A DNA stretch of 60,429 nucleotides from an uncultured Gammaproteobacteria bacterium (GTDB taxonomy: Bacteria > Pseudomonadota > Gammaproteobacteria > Arenicellales > DRJH01). Below, piece by piece: positions 54,030-60,429 of the stretch. Position numbers and translations under genes: made by a program. Position 1 is the stretch's first letter, and each line of letters begins with the position of its first letter. The DNA is taken from assembly GCA_964415515.1 (NCBI GenBank), contig CAYQAP010000001.1:51398-111826 (forward strand), written 5' to 3'. Under the pieces are notes generated by a model, which saw only the letters and a program-made list of their open reading frames with translations, was not told the DNA's origin and did no database searches.

Positions 54030-54039
54030 AACCCCCCCA

Positions 54040-54510
54040 TTATTGTTTAGGTGTCGGCTTCCATGCACTGGCGGCAGTCTGTGCTGCCAAACGCTGCTGT
54101 GCCGGGATTTTTTTTGCCAATTCCTTTTTTGCTTCGGTGGCAGCTTCCAGACCGTCTGCCGCTGCAAGAATGATCCACTGATAGGCCTTGATATTATCCT
54201 GATCGACCCCTTTACCAAAATAGTACATCATTCCGAGGTTGTATTGAGCCTCTGGATAACCCTGCTCAGCAGCCAGACGGTACCACTTTAAGGCCTTGCT
54301 ATCATCATTCTTGACCCCGATGCCCCGGTCATAAATCAATGCCAGATTGTATTGTGCCTTTGCATCACCTTGTTCGGCAGAGGCCTGCCGCTCCTGAACA
54401 CGACTGACCGCATAAGAGGACATGAGCTCATCGAACCCGGACCAGTTCAGCAGAGCATAGGCTCCGCCCAGTAGCAGTGCAATCAGAAATACCACTTTCG
54501 AAAGTTTCAT
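54040..54510 (-). CDS. Membrane-anchored Sel1-repeat (SLR/TPR-like) protein
   Basis: N-terminal hydrophobic anchor MKLSKVVFLIALLLGGAYALL. Two clear Sel1 repeats (GDAKAQYNLALIYDRGIGVKNDDSKALKWYRLAAEQG and YPEAQYNLGMMYYFGKGVDQDNIKAYQWIILAA). The stop lies 10 nt before the nirS copy 2 ATG. Start at ATG 54510. Confidence 0.8.
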   Translation of the reverse strand: MKLSKVVFLIALLLGGAYALLNWSGFDELMSSYAVSRVQERQASAEQGDAKAQYNLALIYDRGIGVKNDDSKALKWYRLAAEQGYPEAQYNLGMMYYFGKGVDQDNIKAYQWIILAAADGLEAATEAKKELAKKIPAQQRLAAQTAASAWKPTPKQ

Positions 54511-54589
54511 GGGTAGAATGGTAACACACAAGCAAACGGATAAAATACCAGCCTGTTACCCTGCGTCACTCACCCTGAGCCTGCCATCG

Positions 54590-55483
54590 ATGCAAAAAAA
54601 TCAACAAGCCTTGTGTTTTGGGTTGGGGGCGGTCTTTCTTTGGTCTACAGTCGCCACCGCCTTTAAGCTGGCACTGCGCCAGTTACAACCCCTGCAGCTA
54701 CTCTTTCTCGCCGCATGCACGGCTTGTCTGATGCTGTTGGCTATCATCATCACCAGTGGTCGCTGGCAACCACTCCTTGCCATTCCAACACATGATCGCA
54801 ACAAAAACCTGCTGCTGGGGATACTCAATCCAGGACTGTACTACATGGTTCTGTTCAAAGCCTATGACCTGTTACCGGCCCAGGAAGCCCAGGCGCTCAA
54901 CTATACCTGGGCCATCACCCTGGCGTTGCTGTCCGTACCGATGCTAAAACAGCGGCTGCATAAAACAGATCTGGCCGCACTACTGCTCAGTTATTGCGGG
55001 GTATTGATCATCGCCACCCATGGCAAGCCATGGTTGCTCGAATTCAGCAGTACTGCCGGGGTAGCACTGGCACTGGGCAGTACCTTGCTATGGTCTTTTT
55101 TCTGGCTCATCAATGTCAAGAATCACCAGGATCCAGTGCTCAGCCTATTCCTGAATTTTCTCGGTGGTTTGCCGTTCATTACCGTCACCATGCTCCTTTT
55201 TTCCAGTTTTCCACCACTCGGCACTGTTTGGTTAGCTGCCATTTATGTCGGCTGTTTTGAAATGGGTTTTACCTTTATTCTCTGGCTCAAGGCGCTTACG
55301 TCCAGCGACTCCGTGGCATGGATCGGCAACCTGATTTTCCTGTCACCCTTTATTTCGCTGGTGCTGATATATTGGTTGCTGGGGGAGCCGATTCTTTTCT
55401 CCTCTGTCATCGGACTGGTATTGATCATTTTCGGTACCCTCTGGCAACAGCAGGGACGGTTGAGATCCTGGTTCACTCGCTAA
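54590..55483 (+). CDS. EamA/DMT-superfamily transporter
   Basis: About 297 aa from ATG 54590, with roughly ten hydrophobic helices in two EamA-like halves (FLWSTVATAFKLAL...). It is divergent from the Sel1-nirS unit. Confidence 0.8.
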   Translation: MQKNQQALCFGLGAVFLWSTVATAFKLALRQLQPLQLLFLAACTACLMLLAIIITSGRWQPLLAIPTHDRNKNLLLGILNPGLYYMVLFKAYDLLPAQEAQALNYTWAITLALLSVPMLKQRLHKTDLAALLLSYCGVLIIATHGKPWLLEFSSTAGVALALGSTLLWSFFWLINVKNHQDPVLSLFLNFLGGLPFITVTMLLFSSFPPLGTVWLAAIYVGCFEMGFTFILWLKALTSSDSVAWIGNLIFLSPFISLVLIYWLLGEPILFSSVIGLVLIIFGTLWQQQGRLRSWFTR

Positions 55484-55500
55484 GGTCAATACGTTGACTC

Positions 55501-56433
55501 TCAATATACAGACACCCCGCCCGGCAACACGAACTGGGCTGATTCCCCCAGATCAAGACGTGGCATAAAGCGCTCAACCACTTGCAAGCCGGCCATTTGC
55601 TGCGGGCCATCCTGCAGGCGGTGTCGACTGAGTGCAATCCCGCGGTAACCAAGCTCTGCAACCACACCCAAAGTGGTGGCCGTAAAATCCTTTAACTCTC
55701 CAAAGGGAATGGAAAAAATCTCGCTGCATGTGATTCCGGGTATATTTTGCAATTGTGTCTGACAAAGGGCGATTTCCTGCTGTTGTTCATCTGCACTTAA
55801 CGAGGCCAGGACATAGTGGGAATGGCTATGATTTCCATAACTCAGACCCGGTGCCGGCCGCATCCAACTGACATCATCAATCACGGCTGCCGGCTCCTCA
55901 AGCCCAATGCTGTAATCAGCAAAAAATTGCTCAAGTGCCACGTCGACAGCAGCACTGTTGACCGTCGGTTGTTTACTGCGCCGATAAAAACTTTGCGATG
56001 GATCACCTTCAGCCACCCTTGAAAAGGCTTCGAAATCTTCCACCAGATCCAGATTTTGCAGCACCCGAACTTTATCACGCCAAAATACACCACCCTTGAG
56101 CATGGCACTGTTGATAAAGATCGTGGTGGAGATATCCAGACCCTGCAACACTGGCAGCGCATACTCAAAGGCTGATTTGTACCCATCATCGAAGGAAACA
56201 CAAGCCAATCCATGATGACATCCTGCAGCAGCGAACTCGTCGATGCTAACAAACTGAAAATATTTCTGCAGTCGCACCATCAAGACTTCGAGTTGAATCG
56301 GGGTAATGTTGTGCAGACCTTTGGCGAGCTGCTCAGGAGGATTGGGATAACAGGCATGAAACAGCAAGCCCAGACCATAACGATCGGCTACTGTACGAAG
56401 CGCAGCGGTATCAGGATTCAACAGTAACTCCAT
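55501..56433 (-). CDS. Polysaccharide deacetylase-family protein (NodB homology domain)
   Basis: VSFDDGYKSAFEYALPVL (the Asp-Asp metal/catalytic motif context) and YGNHSHSHY (the His-His motif). Start at ATG 56433; the ORF-track start is TTG 56439. Confidence 0.8.
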   Translation of the reverse strand: MELLLNPDTAALRTVADRYGLGLLFHACYPNPPEQLAKGLHNITPIQLEVLMVRLQKYFQFVSIDEFAAAGCHHGLACVSFDDGYKSAFEYALPVLQGLDISTTIFINSAMLKGGVFWRDKVRVLQNLDLVEDFEAFSRVAEGDPSQSFYRRSKQPTVNSAAVDVALEQFFADYSIGLEEPAAVIDDVSWMRPAPGLSYGNHSHSHYVLASLSADEQQQEIALCQTQLQNIPGITCSEIFSIPFGELKDFTATTLGVVAELGYRGIALSRHRLQDGPQQMAGLQVVERFMPRLDLGESAQFVLPGGVSVY

Positions 56434-56574
56434 ACTCAACCAGTGACTACAGAATGGCCATCAGCAGACCAGGGGCAGTAATAATCCGACTTTCTCATAA
56501 CAAAGGATTATAATCATGCCTTCAGTTTATACACAGCTCCCATTCATTACTTCATCATTTCATTGGATTCGAAT

Positions 56575-57471
56575 ATGTCGAATGCTACACACATCGACGG
56601 CAAAGCTTTTGCCGCCAAAATACGCCTTCAGGTTGCTGCCGCTGTTACACAACTTCAACAACACCACCAACTACAACCAGGCCTGGCGGTGGTGCTGGTT
56701 GGAGAAGACCCGGCCAGTCGTGTCTATGTTCGTAACAAGGCCAAGCAGACGCTTGAAACCGGGATGTATTCGGTCGAGCACCGTTTGTCTGGCGACACTT
56801 CACAAGCTGAATTGCTGGCCCTGATCGAGCAACTTAATGCAGATCCACTTATCCACGGCATTCTGGTACAGCTTCCCGTACCCCAGCAGATCGATGCCGA
56901 TGCGGTCATCAATGCGATCGATCCAGACAAGGACGTGGATGGCTTTCATACCACGAATACCGGCAAGCTTTGGTCAGGCATTCCCGGTCTCATACCCTGC
57001 ACCCCCCTGGGTTGCCTGATGCTGCTGCGTGACTCCATACCCGAAGGCCTGGCAGGCAAACATGCTGTCGTGGTCGGCCGTTCCAACATTGTCGGCAAAC
57101 CCATCAGTGCCTTGTTGCTACGGGAACACTGCACGGTCAGTATCGCCCATTCACGCACTAAAGATCTGCCAGGTCTGTGCGCTGAGGCAGATATACTGGT
57201 TGCCGCCGTCGGTCAACCAGAAATGATCAAAGGCAGCTGGGTTCGCAAAGGCGCCACTGTTATCGATGTCGGTATCAACCGTATCGATGCCGGCAATGGC
57301 AAGACCCGGCTCATCGGTGATGTTGAATTTGTAGTCGCAGCACAGCGTGCCAGTGCCATCACACCGGTACCTGGAGGTGTGGGGCCGATGACCATCGCTT
57401 GTTTGCTGCGCAATACCATTACCGCCGCCTGCCTGCAAACCGGCTTCTCCAATCCAATGTTGTCAGCCTGA
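56575..57471 (+). CDS. folD: Bifunctional methylenetetrahydrofolate dehydrogenase/cyclohydrolase
   Basis: [11 protein letters not shown]..., [30 protein letters not shown] and [12 protein letters not shown]...[11 protein letters not shown]. Start at ATG 56575. Confidence 0.95.
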   Translation: MSNATHIDGKAFAAKIRLQVAAAVTQLQQHHQLQPGLAVVLVGEDPASRVYVRNKAKQTLETGMYSVEHRLSGDTSQAELLALIEQLNADPLIHGILVQLPVPQQIDADAVINAIDPDKDVDGFHTTNTGKLWSGIPGLIPCTPLGCLMLLRDSIPEGLAGKHAVVVGRSNIVGKPISALLLREHCTVSIAHSRTKDLPGLCAEADILVAAVGQPEMIKGSWVRKGATVIDVGINRIDAGNGKTRLIGDVEFVVAAQRASAITPVPGGVGPMTIACLLRNTITAACLQTGFSNPMLSA

Positions 57472-57540
57472 TACCTGGATTCGGACCGCCTTCTAGTGCT
57501 CAGAGTGGGAGGCAAAAATAGATCGGGGCCTCGGCTTAAC

Positions 57541-58791
57541 TCAGCGATACACCGGAAAACGACTGCATAACTCGAGTACTTTGGCCTTGATGGCAACCAA
57601 CATGGCATCATCATCCATGTGATCGAGAAGGTCACAGATCCAGTGTGCGAGATCACACATTTCTGCTTCAGCAAAGCCACGAGTTGTCGAAGCTGGTGAA
57701 CCAATACGCAGGCCACTGGTGATGAATGGTGATTTAGGGTCATTGGGTACAGCGTTCTTGTTCACAGTGATATTGGCCTCACCCAATCGGCGCTCCGCAT
57801 CCTTGCCGGTAATCCCTTTGTCCACCAGATCCAACAAAAACAGGTGATTCTGGGTACCACCGGAAACCACCTTGTAGCCTCGCTCCATGACGGTTTTCGC
57901 CATGACGCTGGCATTGCGAACCACTTGTTGCTGATAGACTGCGAACTCGGGTTGCATCGCCTCTTTCAAGGCTACGGCTTTGGCTGCAATAACATGCATC
58001 AGAGGGCCACCCTGAGTACCAGGAAAGACCAATGAATTGAGTTTTTTGGTGATTTCAGGGGCCTCTCTAGCCAATATCATGCCTCCCCGAGGGCCACGCA
58101 AGGTTTTATGGGTAGTGGTGGTCACAACATCCGCAATGGCTATAGGATTGGGGTACAACCCGGTCGCCACCAGCCCGGCAACGTGGGCCATGTCCACAAA
58201 TAACAGTGCTCCAACCGCATCGGCGATATCACGAAAGCGCTGCCAATCCAATTTCTGTGAATACGCAGAAAACCCCGCCACAATGATTTTTGGGTGATAC
58301 TCCAGTGCCAGGGCTTCAATATGCGCATAATCGACAATACCGTTCGTGTCTGTGCCGTATTGCACAGCATGAAACAGCTTGCCGGAGAAATTGACCGCAG
58401 CGCCATGGGTCAAATGACCGCCATGCTCAAGACTCATCCCCAATACAGTATCACCGGGCTTGAGTAAAGCCAAATAAACCGCCGCATTGGCCTGGGAACC
58501 AGAATGCGGCTGTACATTCACATAATCCGCACCAAATAGCTGTTTGGCTCGATCAATGGCCAGTTGCTCTGCGATATCGACATACTCACAACCCCCGTAA
58601 TAGCGCCGACCGGGATAACCTTCCGCATATTTGTTCGTCAGCACCGACCCCTGTGCCGCCAACACCCTTGGGCTGGCATAATTTTCCGAGGCAATTAATT
58701 CGACATGCTCTTCCTGGCGCCGTTCCTCTTGGCACATGGCGGTCCAAAGCTCCTCATCAAAGCCTTCAATAAGGTCATCATAACTATACAT
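57541..58791 (-). CDS. glyA: Serine hydroxymethyltransferase
   Basis: 416 aa, with [13 protein letters not shown], the PLP-lysine context [14 protein letters not shown] and [14 protein letters not shown]. Confidence 0.97.
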   Translation of the reverse strand: MYSYDDLIEGFDEELWTAMCQEERRQEEHVELIASENYASPRVLAAQGSVLTNKYAEGYPGRRYYGGCEYVDIAEQLAIDRAKQLFGADYVNVQPHSGSQANAAVYLALLKPGDTVLGMSLEHGGHLTHGAAVNFSGKLFHAVQYGTDTNGIVDYAHIEALALEYHPKIIVAGFSAYSQKLDWQRFRDIADAVGALLFVDMAHVAGLVATGLYPNPIAIADVVTTTTHKTLRGPRGGMILAREAPEITKKLNSLVFPGTQGGPLMHVIAAKAVALKEAMQPEFAVYQQQVVRNASVMAKTVMERGYKVVSGGTQNHLFLLDLVDKGITGKDAERRLGEANITVNKNAVPNDPKSPFITSGLRIGSPASTTRGFAEAEMCDLAHWICDLLDHMDDDAMLVAIKAKVLELCSRFPVYR

Positions 58792-58865
58792 TTACAGTAC
58801 CCTCCGGGGTTTTTCTATCAGTGATGCCAGCAAATTTATAGGCACGGGAAAATTCGAGAACGAGC

Positions 58866-59915
58866 TCATGTTGACGTTATTGTGTAGAACCATGTTTTCT
58901 GCTCCCGCAGCTCACAGTCAAGGCGATGTTGACGGTGCAGATGGCGCAGATGCGCCAGACACTCACTCATCGCAAAAATAATTTGATGTGTATCCAGTGG
59001 CCGGTCAAACAGGATCTGCAGTAGATCAGCTGCCGTTTGTGGCTGCTGGCAGGCCTGTTCCAATCGCTGGAGACGCTGCTGATGATGATTGATCAAATCA
59101 CGAGCACGTCTATGCAGCCCATAAAAAGGTCTGCCATGTGCCGGCAACACCAAAGTCTCGGGATCCAGCTCACAGAACTGCTGTAGGGAAACCAGGTAAT
59201 CTGCCAAGGGATCGGCATGGGGTTGGTTGGCCAACAAGGAAATATTGGGCGAGATCCGTGGCAAGATTTGATCACCTGCCAGCAAAATCTTGCGTATAGG
59301 GTGATACAGACAGACATGCTCGAGAGCATGCCCCTTACCGATCAACACCTGCCAAGCTTGGCCATTGATTTCGAGAATATCACCCTCATCCAGCGCCTGA
59401 AAAGACATCGGTGGGGCACTGACCAGCCGTCGATACCTATTACCACGCACACGCAAATCTTCGGTACGCTGTTCATCGAGACCATGGCTAAGGAAAAAAT
59501 CAGCCATCCGATTACAGAATCGCTCGGTGTGGTCCTGCTGTAGCCAGTTCGCCATTAACCATTCTGTTCGATTCATATACAGGCTTGCCCCAGTCTGTTG
59601 TTTAAGCCAACCGGCCAAACCCACGTGATCGGGATGAAAATGGGTAACCAGAATCCGCCGTAACCGCCCTGCTCCCAGATTCGCCAGCATGCTGTGCCAG
59701 TGTTGTTTCCCAATATCGGTAGCAATCCCGGTATCGACCTGCAACCAATCAGGGCCATCGCGGAGTAACCACAGGTTGATGTGGTCCAGGGCAAACGGCA
59801 ATGGCAAACGCAGCCAGAAGATACCGGATGCCACCTCAAAACGGGCCCCTGGAGCCGGTATCGAAAACTCCGGATAGAGTAGCGGCTCTGTGTTTTGAGA
59901 TGCCTGGTTTTTCAT
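58866..59915 (-). CDS. MBL-fold metallo-hydrolase
   Basis: The HxHxDH motif VTHFHPDHVGLAG, with later His/Asp ligands (GHALEH, LLAGD). 349 aa. The substrate is unknown. Confidence 0.8.
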   Translation of the reverse strand: MKNQASQNTEPLLYPEFSIPAPGARFEVASGIFWLRLPLPFALDHINLWLLRDGPDWLQVDTGIATDIGKQHWHSMLANLGAGRLRRILVTHFHPDHVGLAGWLKQQTGASLYMNRTEWLMANWLQQDHTERFCNRMADFFLSHGLDEQRTEDLRVRGNRYRRLVSAPPMSFQALDEGDILEINGQAWQVLIGKGHALEHVCLYHPIRKILLAGDQILPRISPNISLLANQPHADPLADYLVSLQQFCELDPETLVLPAHGRPFYGLHRRARDLINHHQQRLQRLEQACQQPQTAADLLQILFDRPLDTHQIIFAMSECLAHLRHLHRQHRLDCELREQKTWFYTITST

Positions 59916-60429
59916 GAGGTGTTACTTGATCGGGTTGCAGGGCGCATCATTGACAAGCACAGCCAAAAGCCAGCTCGTCCAAAACAATCATCGACCCAAT
60001 CATTATGCGGGTACGTTTCATATCTTCTCACCTTGTGGGTCACACGAACCAACCTATGAATATGGAATACCAAAGGGCGGGAAGTATAGCAGCGCTCTAT
60101 CTACTGCTGTGGATATTCACCCTAACAACAAACCTCTCAAGCTTGCAATGACGTTCCTTAATTGTACAGAAATAGCTCCCTGGCGAGATTCTAGTCCATT
60201 ATAAGCTACTCTCCAATATCAGTTTATTTCAGTTCGCTGATTGTTACTCCTTAGCCTATCGGGAATGTCAAAAGACTCCTGTCATTGGTTCAGCTGATCC
60301 TCCGGGTCGTGACCGCAGTGCGTACCCCACGCCCACGGCCAGTATGTACTAAAAACTTTAAATAAAGACTAGTTGTTCGGCGACAATTAACCTGTCCGGT
60401 CAGACGACAATTATCTTGACCGGTTGAGT

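Noticed and set aside
54187-54200. CCTTGATATT, shared with the nirS copy 1 FNR box, found inside the Sel1 gene upstream of copy 2
   Set aside because: The second half-site is absent (TCCTG versus ATCAA) and the site lies inside coding sequence. It is probably chance.
54030-54218. 63-codon N-terminal extension of nirS copy 2 in the ORF track (624 aa)
   Set aside because: The extension overlaps the Sel1-repeat gene in another frame and is basic and non-signal-like. Copy 1 aligns from ATG 54029 onward, where a proper signal peptide begins.
59914-60204. 96-aa plus-strand ORF after the MBL hydrolase gene
   Set aside because: It has no SD, an odd composition and no motif. It overlaps the likely promoter region of the divergent MBL gene.
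60340-60429. Vague resemblance of AAATAAAGACTAGTTGT and the repeated GACAATTA to Tn7-like TnsB-binding end repeats
   Set aside because: The similarity is short and from memory only. There is no terminal TGT...ACA pair, no target-site duplication and no tns genes in view, and the window ends here.

Overview
This 60.4-kb window looks like a Gammaproteobacteria-type chromosome, judged from Pseudomonas/E. coli-like synteny (ftsK-lolA-rarA-serS; ndk-rlmN-pilF/W-rodZ-hisS-yfgM-bamB-der; trmJ/suhB; mltD/yafS-rnhA-dnaQ). It is almost fully coding. I found no rRNA, tRNA, CRISPR array, transposase or integrase. Most genes are housekeeping and were recognised from conserved motifs in the supplied translations. 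I refined many starts by reading start codons and Shine-Dalgarno (SD) sequences, because the ORF track also opens ORFs at TTG and GTG.

The one clearly accessory block is a minus-strand denitrification locus at about 43.1-54.5 kb. Read in the direction of transcription it contains:
- a membrane-anchored Sel1-repeat gene;
- nirS copy 2, which starts 10 nt after the Sel1 stop;
- a 187-bp spacer carrying a perfect FNR/ANR/DNR-type palindrome plus a -10 hexamer;
- nirS copy 1;
- a strong rho-independent terminator;
- nirE-nirC-nirF-nirD-nirL-nirG-nirH-nirJ-nirN (heme d1 biogenesis), mostly with overlapping stop and start codons.

The two NirS proteins have identical length but are clearly diverged. 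Copy 2 carries Arg where copy 1 and classical NirS enzymes have the first distal heme-d1 histidine.

Other points worth a second look:
- a 36-bp element (30/36 identical) sits upstream of both ftsK and nirE, and the nirE copy contains a CTGT-N8-ACAG palindrome;
- a LapG/LapD c-di-GMP adhesin-release module lies 37 bp behind serS, with no adhesin or type I secretion system (T1SS) genes in the window;
- a GlpD-like flavoenzyme plus an SDR epimerase-like gene follow der;
- a phosphoribosyltransferase gene is translationally coupled to a secreted HtrA-like protease;
- there are small tandem duplications and an unassigned 0.5-kb tail at the 3' edge.

I see no defence system or mobile element. All homology calls come from memory of family motifs; no database search was possible.
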